A stretch of DNA of 64,000 nt, from positions 372,001-436,000 of the forward strand of contig CAJFCJ010000010.1 in the NCBI GenBank assembly GCA_904063045.1, written 5' to 3'. Within the stretch, counting starts at the first letter, position 1; each line of letters starts with the position of its first letter. Below are positions 30,283 through 43,765 of the stretch, in pieces. A program made the position numbers and the translations under genes. The notes beneath the pieces were generated by a model. It saw nothing but the letters and a program-made list of their open reading frames with translations, made no database searches and had not been told where the DNA came from. Source of the stretch: Dimorphilus gyrociliatus. Lineage: Eukaryota > Animalia > Annelida.

Positions 30283-30284
<2 letters not shown>

Positions 30285-31151
30285 AGGACAGAATAGGAAA
30301 GCTTAGAGATACATAAAAGTATTGTTATTGTTTGTATCTTTGTCTCCTTGAGATGAGAAATCAACCTACTTTATTAAAAAGATTCAAAGTACAAAAGAAA
30401 TAGAATTATAAAGTACATTGGTGTAAAATAGCTTGATCTACTTTTTTTCTCACGTACGCCCTAGACAAAATACAAACAATTTTTTAAACGAACTCAAACA
30501 ATCACTTTCTTTTATCTTTTATTTGCATGTTTAATTGTTCAGTGTATCTATTTATTCCTCTTTTAAAACGAAATCATAAAAGGCCTTATATATCATATAC
30601 TATATTATAGTCATCATTAAATTACATATTTACAGTATATATGCTGTATTCTGTATACTCTATATATATTATTTAACTGTTGTCCATGTAACGTAGCTCC
30701 ATCTAGTGGATATCACAATTCGCCAGACAGATTAACCTTTTATACTGTTGTCAAAGCGATATACTTATAAGGTTTATCAGTTGTTTAGATTGAGTGTGAT
30801 ATAAAGAATTCATCTATCAAGTAGTTGATATGTGATTTTCTTTGCAATAAGCATTTAGGCTATAGAATATTTTATTGTCTAATATTTGTAAATATAATAT
30901 ATTTAATTGTCTTAAATAAAGAGAATTTCAAGTTTTTCAGCATCAAGTATACACAAGCTAATTAGTTGCCTTACTTTTTCTATATAAGGAAATATATAAC
31001 ATTGTTTTTTTCAATTTTTTTTTAAATAAAAGAATCACAGAAAAAAACTATTCAAGGCAAAATTTTTCAAAACAATAACAATGTATAAAAAAACAGGAAA
31101 CAAGGAACTACTATACATCTATATTAATATTAAAATCCTGAGCAGTTTGTT

Positions 31152-32360
31152 CTAATTGACAAGATCCACTTGATAATTTAAACTGTAATTTAATCCGTCA
31201 TTATTATCCCAAAATTCATTTCCATTCGTAGTTTGACATCTAATAGCAAATTCTATGCTATCGCCAATTTTAAAATGAAATGGAAGACGAATATCAAAGT
31301 TAAAGGTATGTGAATTTTCAAATAAACGTTCAGCTTGTACATCTTCGTAACTTTCCCAATTGTCAAAAGTTAAACGTACTGTAACATTGTCTGAATCAGA
31401 TTTGACTGTGCCTTTGAAGCCTTCCTCGTCAGTTATAACATCCACTAGAAACTTAGACATAGAATAAAACTGAGGTTTTAGGCGACGTATTGGTTCCTTA
31501 TCATATATAGATATTAATCTTCCTCCGCGTTCATCAGCAAATGACACTCTTCTCTTTGAAACTTTCTTTTTTTCATTTCTCTTTGGCGAGAGACTACGCC
31601 TTTTAAAGAGTGGTGAGGGCGATCTCGATTCCGTTCGTTCAGAAAATAGGCTGTTCAACGATCGGCAGGGTAGGATGTCTGAAGGCTCGAATTGTTGTAT
31701 GAATTGGGAGTTTATATACGAAAAAGCGTATTTCGGTGGGGTTGAAGGTTGGAGGTAGTCCGACAGAGCCATATCTTCTAATGATCTCGTTCTCGGTCTA
31801 TGGTCGTCTTTAAATAGCGCCACCAAATTTTTTGGCTCTCTGCCAGCAGTCGGTCAGATTAGATGTGGATAAGAGGAAATCTCCAGACTATAAACAAAAA
31901 AGCGACATCGGTAATATTACGTAACAGTTAACCAGAATAATATTAAACTCTAGGCAAGGCTTTTCTATTATTTCAATGTAATCGAAATGCAATAGAATAG
32001 TACAGTCATAGCTTTATAGTATTAATAAATGGTCTTTTTTTTTCATAGCTTTTTTTATCGATATTGAGCTAGTTTCTTTACTTGAAAAGACCTTAACAAG
32101 CCCCTATTAGCAATGAAAGAAAAAACAGAGGAAAAGACGACCTCACCTTTTAAAATACTCGTCCTCTTTTTCCCCTAAGAAAAAACCGACTTAGAGTAGC
32201 AGACGGAAGGAAAAAACATTCGTAAAAGTATATTGTAAAAATTAAGTATAAATGACACAAAGCGCTACAAAAAGGAAATGGGTAGCCGCCTCATGTTAAT
32301 ATTGGAATATGGAGGTAGACACGTTTATATCGAACCGGGTATATGGCAGCACATGCACAT
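31152..32360 (-). CDS. PPP1R3: Protein phosphatase 1 glycogen-targeting regulatory subunit (PPP1R3 family, CBM21). Main exon 31839-31152; small 5' exons 32174-32147 and 32360-32336 are inferred
   Basis: RVxF motif KRRVSFAD and CBM21 motifs VRLTFDNW, IEFAIR and FWDNNDGLNY. The 5' exons rest only on phase-compatible GT/AG sites. Confidence 0.85.
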
Positions 32361-34139
32361 AAGACCGCGTTATTGTACAAACGACAAAAAACAACACAGC
32401 TACATGCACACACTCATATATACTTATATTTGTGCGTATGTCTGTGTGTGTCTGTGCGTATATATGTGTACATCCGCTTATACACATTTATATACAGGAG
32501 TGTAAAAATCGTATGACATACAGCAGAGGTCAAATTTTGGTCAGTTGGTCAAATTCGCAGCTAATTTGCATTAGACACGTCAAAACAATATAGACAAATA
32601 AAAAGAAAAGTCAAAATCGGTCATGTTGAGCTATTAAATAGTAAAAACAAAATATAAGAGAATGCTATCTTTTGATTAAAAATGAGAAGAGTAAAAAGAA
32701 ACTGTGAAAGTTATTGTAAAATGAAGAAAAACACGAACTTTTAGGTTTAAGTATGTTTACTGTCGGCTTCTTTCTTAGGTTTACATTTTACCTGTTTGCT
32801 CGTTATGAATATTTAAATATAAGTTAGTCTTAATACTTATGATAATTTTTTTATATGATTTAAATATTTAAATCAAATAAATATATTAATCACATCTTAC
32901 CTTTATTTATGTATAATTTTGATATTCTCCTTAGTACTTTAATAAATATATGCTATTTATATAAATCTATAAATATCGTTTTTAGCGTTAACCTTTAGCT
33001 AAGCGATTAATGGAAACGAATTGAATAGTTTCTGTCTCTTTAATGTAAGCTTTTGAATAATATCGAAGAAATAGTAGGCTGAGAATTCGATCTCTACGAA
33101 TCGCACGTGCCGAAATAAAGTATTTTAAGGCCGATTTATAGGATATAATCATAATTTCTGATCATTCATACAACACGTGAACAGTCAGGCTGTTTACATG
33201 GTACTGTCTTTTTTTTTTACTTTTGATTGCAAGTGAAATAATGTTAGAACTGGTTCCCGTCAAAATATTTCTAGGACAAAAATGTGCAATATGCATAGGC
33301 CTCTAACTACTTTCGGTTCGTCTTTCCGGATAATTGTAAAATAGCACAGGAGTAGCCTCATTGAAATCGAATAGATATATTATTCTAATACTTTTTATCG
33401 TAGCATCCAGACATAGTATTTGTAAAAACAGCCTGCCATTCGGTGCAAGTCAAACTATTAGGCCTGATTACTATTGTTCCTAATTGGTATTACTATATCA
33501 TTGTAGTTAAAAATAAATTGTTGTTTTCAAAGTTCTGTTAGTAGGCGGTAAAAGATTTCTTTTGGGGCCTTTATTTTAAATAAACTTGAATCTATAGATA
33601 AAAACTTTTAAAATATGCTAAATTTATTTAACATCTGAAGAAAGATCATTTATTACTTTGAACATTGATAATTTAGGAAGATGAATGCCCAATAAAGATG
33701 TCACCCAGTATTTAACAGTTGCTACCATTTACTATTATGTAATCAGACTGTAGCAGAGCAGCCGATGTTACGTATAAAAGCTGGCAGGGGTAAAGTGCGG
33801 GTAAAGGAGACAGGAAAGGATAAAGGGGGGGGTAAAAAAATAAAACGTTACACAAATTCTTAAGTATTGCTAAACATTCCAAAGTAATTGATTTAAAGCA
33901 TTTCATATAACTAAAGGATATTAAAAAAAGTTAATTGAGAATATTTTCAAGCCATACTGACAAACTAAAGTTATTATCCAATTGAATTTGCAATTTTTGG
34001 AAAACTTTTATTAACCTTTTCAATTAATATGATGATTAAACAAAATTGAACATATAAGTGGAAGTTAAGTGTTGTTTGTTCGTTTGGCATTCGCTCAATG
34101 TTTTTATACATTATCCCTGTAATTATATGTATATACAGT

Positions 34140-34172
<33 letters not shown>

Positions 34173-34222
34173 TAATTACGTCTTTTGATAAAACGCGCCA
34201 AAAATAGAACACTTCTTATACG

Positions 34223-37200
34223 TTAGACGTAAATTTCAACAGTTTTTCCATTCAGATAAGAACGTTTCTGCAGGTTAAAACCAATTTCGTATAGCCCTTG
34301 CTGCTTAAGTACGCAGGAGAAGGAGCGAAAGCCTCTTGGACCTCTATACTGGAGGATGTCGATGAGTTTATAAACTCTTAAATTAGCCGGCTGTTTCATC
34401 ACCTCAAACTGGAGGGTTTTTGTAAAGATTTTCAATTTAATTAAGTCTCTTAATGCGGCATTACAATCAAGTTGTTCATATAGGTCACATCGGCTCTCTT
34501 CTAAGGCTTCAATTTCGTTGGGTAAAAGTTCTGTTTTGAAAATAAGCAAAAAAGTATTAAATTTTACAGAATCCACTAGGTGGCGACAACAATAAAAAAT
34601 TTAGGTCTAGAAAAAAATTTTCTGTAGAAAGTTCCACCTACTGGCATATTCAATCATCATTCCTTTCACATAATCAGCACCGAGCGGGCAGGCGTCAAAA
34701 GCGTCATTTCCATCGCTATCCTGAATTGTACAATCAGCACCATTTTCTAACAAAGTTTTAATAGCATTAATATTCGTTTGAGAGCAACCCGAGCAGGCCA
34801 ACATTAGGGATGTTCGACCGTTTTTGTTCTGCCGATTTGCCTCAGCACCATATAGAAGAAGGCCCTTAATGCATTTGACGTTAACTTTCAACGGCTCATA
34901 GAAGCAATAATTCAGAGCTGTATCACCTTGATTATCAGCCAATTCATAATCAGCTCCCAATTTTAGTAGATAACATACACTGGGATAATGACCTCCAAGA
35001 CAGGCAAGCATTAGAGGTGTCCTTCCGGTGCAATCTATCGAGTCTATGTCAACAGATCTATATTGAGGTATTTTTTTAGACCACGTGACGTGATTTTTAA
35101 ACAGAACAGGAATAAAAATAAATGAAAATGGGTTATAATTTATCTCCTTCTTTCGTCTTTGCGTTATGTTTCTTACTTAATGGAAATCTATTAATATTTG
35201 AAATATCTCTCAGATAAGGTTATCAGTCACGTAGCTTTCGTGAAAAATTAAAAAAAAATACCCCAATAGTTGTTGCATCATAAAATGACGACCATGGAGA
35301 GCAGCATGATGTAAGAGTGTCATTCCATTCTTGTCACGATTAGTGGCGTCAAAAGATTTCAGGTAAATAAGTTGATCAAAAGCAGCAAGACGACCAGACT
35401 CTATACAAACAGTTAATAGGCATTTACCATCAGCATCTCTCTGAACAATTGTTTTGTTTAATAAAAATTCCATTAATTCTAACAAGCCTTTCTCAACAGC
35501 GTAGAACAATGCGCTGCGTTTAGATGAATCGACGGCGCTGGGATCAACGATGATTTCTTCTATGAGAAACTTAACAATTTCAAAGGAATACCTAGGAGAT
35601 TTGACTGCCAGAATGAGTGATGTACTGCCTTCGTTATCTCTGTCAGAGTTTGGATCATAGTACTTTGCCACCTGGGATAAAAAAAGGAGCAAATATGTCA
35701 ATTTCAACTTAATACCAATTAGTTAAATTAGCTCATAGTTAGTACCTGTTCCAAGAGAGGAAAGTCTCCTCGATAAACGGCGTGCTGTATTACGGTCCTT
35801 CCTTTATTCTTATCTCGACCATTAACAACTTCCGCCAAATTTGAGTCACATGACAAGATAAGTGACGCTATGTTGTCATTTCCGTCAGCTAGGCTTTGAG
35901 CAAGAACGCTCTCGCCCTCTCTGTTATTCCGGAGAAGGATTTGCGAAGATAAAAGCAATTTGATTATCTCACAGTTCGAAGAGTTGTAGGCAAAGAATAG
36001 AGCGCCATTTCCGTCCTCGTCTTGAGCGTCCAGATCGATTTGTAGGGCGTTTCGATTGTTCAAATACAACTCGACGATATCTCGGCGACCAGCCGAACAG
36101 GCTGTTGAGATAACTGTCCTATTCTTTTCATCCGACTGCGGTTTGATATCATTCTTTATTAAAACGCTTACAATGTCAACGTCACCGCTTTCTGTCCTGA
36201 ATAAATAAAACTATTTATTGTAAATTTGTATTGTATTCTTGTTTTTTATTGTAAGTTTTATCCCGCAAAAGTGAAGGTGTTTTCAACATTAAAAATAACA
36301 CTCTTTACTTTTTGCTCTTTACTATTGAATTTATAAATTGATAATAAGTAAAAGAATGTGTTATTACCCATAGAAAAGAGCGTTTCTTCCTTCGCAGTCA
36401 GTTTGATGAATAGGCAAATTTAACGAATCTTTTTCCCTAAGTAAGTAATGAACCATTTCCAGTTGACCGCAAGATGATGCTTGCATTAGAACTGTTCGAT
36501 TTCTATTATCGCTTTCAACCCTACAAATATGATTTAGAATTTATGGTCTGTATACTATTTCGTTTAACAGCTCGTTTATAGAACTAAAATAGTCGCTTAC
36601 TCACTTAAAGGAACAAAATATATTCGCTGCCACATTTAATATACTATAGCTTTATACTTATTACTTTTATTGAAAAAACGCCAGGTGGCGTGTTGTAAAA
36701 ATTAACGTCTGTGCCTAATATACAAACGTTAACGAACACTGAAACCTCCCCTCTTCCACTGTCTATAGTTATTACTCAAAATTCAATAAAGACTATCCCC
36801 TTGACAACTGTAGTAGCCAAAAACCTACCCCCAATTGCCTAAAACATCACTTTCGACTGTATGATTCTATCTAATGAATACTCATAAATGTTATTTGTTC
36901 TTGCCTAACGAAAACTGCTCCCACTCTCACGTTAACTAGAAACGAAGAAATAACTAATAAGCAAGAATGCAATTACAATCTCTGGCTTATTTTCTTTGCA
37001 GAGTTTGTTTGGCTATCGAAGCGTAAAAAGATTGAGAATCAATGACCATAGGGCTGGTTGTTATCGATATAGTATCGGTGATCATTACCCCAATCATTCA
37101 AATTTATAATAACTGTTATGGTTTATTATTTTCGGATGAAAGAAGACAGGGAACAAAAATCTATAGTCTTTTTTTTAATGGATAAACAGTATAGTGTATA

Positions 37201-40200
37201 TTGTATATAGCATAGTTTTTCGTAGTAAAAATATACAGTTCGGAATTAGTGCTCAGCAACCTTTCTCCTAACCTAGCTTATTAACTTTGGATCCATCATC
37301 TAGCACTTAAAATAACGATTAATGCCTTGGGACGACCAAGACTTTGTCATTATATCGTACGTATTAATATAAACGTCCAGCTGGCAATAAGTTTGCTTAC
37401 TCATACGTACAAACAAAAAACGTAGGATTAAAATATAAAATGCATATGTGGACAAAATAAAGAATAGAACGGAAACAGACGTAGAGTGGAAGGTAAAGAT
37501 GGAAGAAGATAAAATGAATTCGAAAAGAAATGACTATTTCATGTGATAAAGTTAAGAAAGAAGAGAAAAGAAGGAACAGAACGAATGAAACGAGAGAAAG
37601 CAATGAAAAAATTGTTGCAAGCACAAATATTTTCCCACTACGTCAACGCTGACAACTGCAACAAGCTGTAGTGATTTATTACGGTAGACGCTTACCTCGC
37701 ACCAGCATCTAGTAGCGTCTTAAAGATGTGGACGAAGCCGCTGGCAGCGCAGTAGAAGAGGATGTTATTACCGTCGTTATCCTTGTCTGAGATGCTTATC
37801 TTGGAGGAACTGAGTAGGTCGTTGATGAGATCTTCGTGCCCTTTGTCCACTGCTTCCATTAGGATGTTCATTCCATTATTGGCCTTGGAAATTTTGGCTC
37901 CCTGCTTCAACAGGTAGTCAAAAGCTTCCTTATTATTACCTTTAAAGAGAGAGAATGAAATATAGATGGAAAAAGCTTGAAAAGAGAAAGCAGGGAAAGA
38001 GGAAGGAGTAGTAATAACACAATTACATCGGATACAATACGGATATGATGGATAGAATTTTCGGAAACGTATACGCACGCATAATGCTAACAAATTGCTC
38101 TTATGCATTCCGTATTGCATGTATATAATATAATCTATCTTAGTTCTATATATACAGCATATATAACTTATTATGCTACTTTTTTCCTTTTATCGAACGC
38201 GTATATTATTCAATAACCTTTTCCGCCTTACGAATCATAAACTATTATATTCCAAGGCAAAGCAGAATCAGAATCATTTTTACAGCGCATGCGTATTGTC
38301 TTAGGAGAAAGGTATCTTTACAAATTATTAACTAACAATACTGGTCACATGTTGTTAATAAATTATATAAAAACGACGCAAAAGAAGCTTTTTTTTTTAA
38401 TAAACTATTCTACCGTTAAACATATCAAACTACGCCAACAAACAAACGCCTGTATGAAAAATTAATGGCCGGAGCCGGGTGATCGGACTGGAAAGAATCT
38501 CGTTAAATCTCATTTAATTATACGTCACGGAAAGGGGAAACCAAATATATATAAATACATATTTTTATACTGTATGTGTAAAGAAAATTGCCAATTACAT
38601 ATAGTTTTTTTACCTTGAATCGCGTAGAATAAGGCATTCCAACCGTCGGTGTCCACTTGATTTACGAATACGCCAAATTTCTATTAAAAGGGAGAAAAGA
38701 ACAAATGAAAAATTATAAAAGACAAAAGAAACGGAATAAAGAAATACTATTTGTCTTTGTAAATGTTAATTAAAAGTGTTGTTTTTCTTCTTTTATTATT
38801 TAATTGTAGTTAAAAATATTGGCCTACATATGAACTGTTTTTTAACGCATATCAATCAAAAACAAAGAGAATCAATCGATTAGCTTATTGACCGTTTTTG
38901 GAGTGAGAACACGAGAGGGAGAAGGAGGGGCAGAAAGAGAGAATAAGTAAGTGAATGAGTAGAAGAAAGGGGAGGGAAAGAGGGGGAGGGAAAGAAGGAG
39001 AAAATGAATGAGTAGAAGAAAGAAGAGGGAGAGACGGATTATGTACAAACATGTTGGTATATGCTTTGTAGGCTTAGCAAATGAATATAAAACAAAAACG
39101 GTGTTTAAATAAAATAAGAAGGAAGATATTGAGATTTTCTTATAAAAATTAAATGAGATCGACTTTTTTCAAGGAATCATTGATCTAATTAGTCGATAAA
39201 CGATCGAAATACATAAGGGAGAAGAGGAAATAGCAGAGAATGAGAAGGGTTTAGGGTAAAGTTTGTAAAGAGGAGCTTAGGGAAAGAGAAAAGAAGTTAC
39301 AGACAGTTTTTCTGGAAGGAAGTAGAAGATGAAGGGCAAAGGAAAGAAGTACAGAAAAAAATTCGTTCGCGTGAGTACAAAGCAGCTTTTCTAAGCCTTT
39401 TCACACGGCGTTCGTAATTACCTTATTCCAAAAGCGATAAAGCAAAGTTAAAGTAAGTATACGTGTATATATATGAGCTTTGGGAATGAAGATTTCTTCT
39501 GAAGAATATTGTCAATAGTGCGAGGGGAAGGTATAATCGACAAATAATATTAGGATACGTGGAAGAGAAAAGGCAATCGAATCTATATTTGATCCCTGCT
39601 TACCCTGGCCTGCTGCATAATATGCCTTAAAAAGACCACATCGCCCCTGGTAGCCGCCTGCATTAATATACTCCTACCATCCGCTGCCGGCGTCGCTTCA
39701 GCTCCATAATCAACTAGGGTGTCAAATAGTTCAATATCACCGCCGGACACTGAGTAAAGTAATGCGTTCCAACCGTCTTTATCTCGTGAATTAATGTCAA
39801 TACAAAATTCATCGAGTCTATCCAATATAATTTTTGATATTTCAGTTTTGTTTTTAGCAACTGCCTGCATCATAATTGTTATGTCATCGTAGCTCGGTCT
39901 AACTTCTATACCCTCTTCAATAAGATACTCGAAGAGGTCACTGTCACCAGATGATATTACATAGAATAAAGTGTTCCTTCCTTTATGATCCATAGCATTA
40001 ATATTTATACCAAGTCGTTTTGCGTTGATAATCGAATGTCGGAGCATGAGCTGATTGCCCTTCAAAGCGGAAGTCATTAACACCGTACGGCCGTCATTAG
40101 CAGCTTTTGCTGTCAACTTGTTCCTTATAAGTAGTTCGAAAGTTTCGATGCTGCCACCATCACAGGCATAAAACAAAGCATTCCTGCCGGCCTTATCAAT

Positions 40201-41291
40201 GTGGTTGATGGGAGGAAAATCTAGTTCCGCACAAGACGTCACAACGGAATGCTGATGATTAATCAGATAGAAGTTTCTTTTAATTAATAGATAAATTTAA
40301 TAGGATAATTCAAGGATAATTTTTAAGAGAAACTGAAAATTTAATAAATGTTAACTCTGAATTTAGAGGAAAATGAAAGTGAATTTTTCTTTTACGAGAA
40401 AAGTGTTATTTTTTAAAAGAAAAGAAATTAGGGGCCATATGTAGTGACGTCTTGTGCCATACTTGGTTGATTGATTAAATATCGAACAATTGAAATATGA
40501 CCACGTAAAGATGCTTCCATAAGTACACTAACACCAGACGAATCTGAAATGAAATTGGCACCTTTCTCTAACAAAAAGATGACGGTATCTAATTGACCAC
40601 TTGCAACCGCATAAAACAGAACATTCTTTCCATCGTTATCCTTAACATTTAAACTTGCTCCTTTAGAAACAAGATATTTAACAACTTCTACATTATCGGC
40701 GAAAGCCGCTGTCATTAGGCAGGTAACACCGTGCTTGTTAGGCAGTTCGAAGAAAGCATGGTTATCGATTAAGCACTTAACAATGGATAGGTGACCTTCG
40801 AGGGACGCCTCATGCAAAGCCGTATCACCTGTGCTGGTTTGAGCGACTAAATCTGCACCATGTTTAACAAGTATATCTACCATTTCCATTTTTCCCAAAA
40901 GGGAAGCCAGATATAATGCTGTAACACCGTCGTAGACAGTTAGGTCTTCTATTGAGCATTTTTCGTTGATCCCGTATTGTAAGGCTGCGAGATATTCTAC
41001 TATATCCAAATACCATCCACAAACGGCGGTCAACAAAGGTGTTGCGGCTTTTACATGAAGTTCTCTACTACCGGATGGTCTTCGTATGTAGAGTCCTTCT
41101 ATATCTCGACTTTGTAATAGGTCTCGCCGCTCGGAAGTTGAACAGCTTTCCAGTAGGGACCGTATTGTGTCCAAATCGCCCGATTTGATGGCGTAAAAAA
41201 GACTGGAGGCCTTATTGTACATCCTTCTCTACTAATAAAAAAAAGTCCATAGTCAACCTTTCGAACTTTGTACCTGTGGAGCGGTAAACAT
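34223..41291 (-). CDS. Large ankyrin-repeat protein with a FEM1-like N-terminal ANK module and a C-terminal CARD; 10 exons, about 1164 aa
   Basis: Exons 41291-41274, 41228-40463, 40220-39604, 38680-38614, 37939-37696, 36520-36368, 36196-35746, 35671-35262, 35057-34642, 34575-34223. Every junction is GT-AG and in phase. Repeated D..G.NALFY / G..xLMxA ankyrin units; the last exon is death-fold-like (R.DL..QLD...L..L....IF......R..KLIDIL..RGPRGFRSF..VL). Confidence 0.88.
38285..38293. promoter_or_regulatory. NRF1-like GCGCATGCG site inside intron 4 of the ANK-CARD gene; candidate internal promoter
   Basis: Same core as the Tim17 promoter sites. It lies about 47 nt upstream (minus strand) of ATG ATT C|gtaagg at 38238-38232. 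Confidence 0.45.
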
Positions 41292-41365
41292 TCGACGATA
41301 AGGCAACCGTTGACTAATTAAACTGCTGCTTTACAGAGCTCTACAGCGCCAGTTATAGAGCACGT

Positions 41366-41916
41366 ATGAGAGAACCTAGTATTTTGATGTCGGTTGAGGG
41401 GGGGCCGAACGTGAGAGCTAGAATAAGAAAGAGGTGCTGCAAACAAAAACTGTACAAGGTATACTTTCTAAAATGATAATAAAGAGCGTTTCTATCTCTA
41501 GGGTATTAAAATTTTTCATTAATTAAAATCTTATAGGTATTTAGTAAAAATACAAGAGAAAAGAGAGGAGAGAGGAAGGGGGGGGAGGAGGAGCATAATA
41601 TGAATAGTAAAACTGCTGGTTTTATGCATATATTACGGTCCTAATTTAGATGCCTATCTGAGAATTAATTGCAATTAAACATGTATTTTACGTTTTCAAT
41701 GATTCAATTAATTCATTTAGATAGTTTTTTTTTTAAATTAAAAATAACTTGGAAAATTATTTATATTTATTTCATCATATAGAAATATTTAAAAAAAATA
41801 TTCTTCAGTTTATCCCAATATTGACTTTCATATAATCACATTCCAAAAATAGGCTTTATGTATATGAATACTCAAACACACATATATATATACTAATATA
41901 TATACATATATATAGA

Positions 41917-41958
<42 letters not shown>

Positions 41959-43765
41959 GCAGTGGTAGTAGTAGTAATAGTAGTAGTAGTAGTAGTAGTA
42001 TATATGTAAATTACTTCTAATGAAATAAAAGAAAAACAGGCTTATTTGTACTTTAATTTCTGATTTGAGAGTCACATTGTTCTTTTTTTCATGAAATTTT
42101 CGTAAATGAAAAGTCTATACTTACGCCTTTTACCTGATAACCTTCAAGTGTCTGTTTTAGTCAGCTATCTCAAATCCAGGTACAACGATTTACGTCGCTG
42201 GTCCTGCGGATATTGAGACTCTTTCATTGCACAGTAAAGATAACAATTCTCAATCCCAGAACGTAATTCAAAAGTCCGGTCTAAGGTTAATCACAGAAAA
42301 GAAATAAAAAATATTAGAAGGGTAAGGTGAGACAATTGACGATAAAGATGAGAAGAAGATCTGGAAAGTCGAGTTATAAATATGAAATTTTACACACGTA
42401 CTTTGTTTGTGAGATTATATTCTCGGTTGTAGGCTTACTTCAAGTTCAGTTTTATTTTAAGCCTTTAGTCTGATATTGACATGATAACATGTGACAATAT
42501 TGTTGCGGAATTTCAACAGTATTTTACTTTAAACAATCAAGCTGTTGGTAAATGCATTAGAAACATAAGCGTACATCAGACAAGAGAGTCTAATCGGTTT
42601 ACGCTTCGCTAACAAAAAAATTAATTATATACAGAGTTCTATTTTTAAAAGGATAAAAAGCCCTCGACGAACGTTTTGCCATCATTATCCGTAGTATATC
42701 CTACCAGAAATTGAAAGGGACAATAAATAATAGAACCAGAACTTGGAAGGAATTTTTGCCCTCTTCTAATTTATATAGTTACGCCCTTATAGTTAGCCTT
42801 GTCTAAAGGGTTCGACTAGCTAGTTACCTAAAAAAAAGCGATATATTGTCCTCAAATATCATGTTTGAAGCAGAAGCAGGAAGAGTTTTGTATTTTATGT
42901 TTTTCTCATCAAAGAGACCATGCTTTTGAATAAAAGTAAGAAACGGAGTGAGAGATGGAGATAGAGCGAGAGAGAGGGAAGGAGGGAGAGAGAAAGAGAG
43001 ACAGAGACAGAAAGAGAAAAAGAGAGTAGCACTAGTGTAAGTAAAAAAGAAAACGAGAAAAAAACAACAGATTTATATATATATATATATATACTAATAT
43101 ATATAGAAAGAGAGAAAGAGAGATAGAAAAAAAAACTAAAAAGAGGCATATATAAGGGGAAGAGAGTGTCATTCAACCAATTATAACTCGATGCCTGGAT
43201 TATAACGACCGATATAAAAGAATATGAAATAATATCAAAGTTATGCAGAAATACACATAAACGATGTTGGTCTTTTATATAAGTATACTATATGTAAGTA
43301 AAAAAAAATGCTAAAATGTCATCAAATGGATCAACTGTTATCGTATTTTGCTAAAATTCAATTTTCGTATTTTTACAAAATTCAATTTTCCCTATTCCCT
43401 TTTCAATTGTACTCTTAACCCGTGTAATTACATTTATTACGTAGAGGATATAAACCCCTGCTATAAGGTCCTTATGCGAAATTTTCCAGTTGTTAAACAA
43501 CTATAAACAACTTTTCTTTGTTTGCTTATTTTAATTATCAACTCCTAAAGGTATTTATGGAAGAATAATATATAACGTTTATTAGATACTAAGAGTCTAT
43601 TGACCCGTTAGAATCGAATATCATACTAATTTACAAACAAATTATAGATTCGGCAAAGTCTATTTATACTGTCGACTGTATACGGCACGCGAGATCTTCG
43701 GACTCAATTATCTATGGCTAAAACCTTTGAGCGTCTATCAAACGCGTCCTCTTCCTAGATTTCTG
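41366..43765 (+). CDS. Candidate orphan multi-exon gene, 3' end unresolved; exons 41366-41458, 42161-42285, 43648-43765, possibly 43887 onward
   Basis: Three stop-free exons with GT/AG ends chain in phase 0, 0-2, 2-0: MREPSILMSVEGGPNVRARIRKRCCKQKLYK|SAISNPGTTIYVAGPADIETLSLH...GLR|FGKVYLYCRLYTAREIFGLNYLWLKPLSVYQTRPLPRFL. A branch-point-like TACTAAT sits at 43624-43630. No family recognised. Confidence 0.45.
41920..42000 (+). repeat. Compound (AT)n then (TAG)n microsatellite
   Basis: Seen directly. It explains the poly-Tyr and IY ORF at 41893-42075. Confidence 0.85.

Noticed and set aside
33100-33182. Two CACGTG E-boxes upstream of PPP1R3, suggesting a ChoRE or HRE
   Set aside because: About 65 nt apart rather than the 5-nt ChoRE spacing, and a hexamer is expected by chance.
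38900-39360. Long purine-rich intronic tract with a duplicated GAATGAGTAGAAGAAAG
   Set aside because: Typical GA low-complexity slippage with no element-like termini or coding signal.
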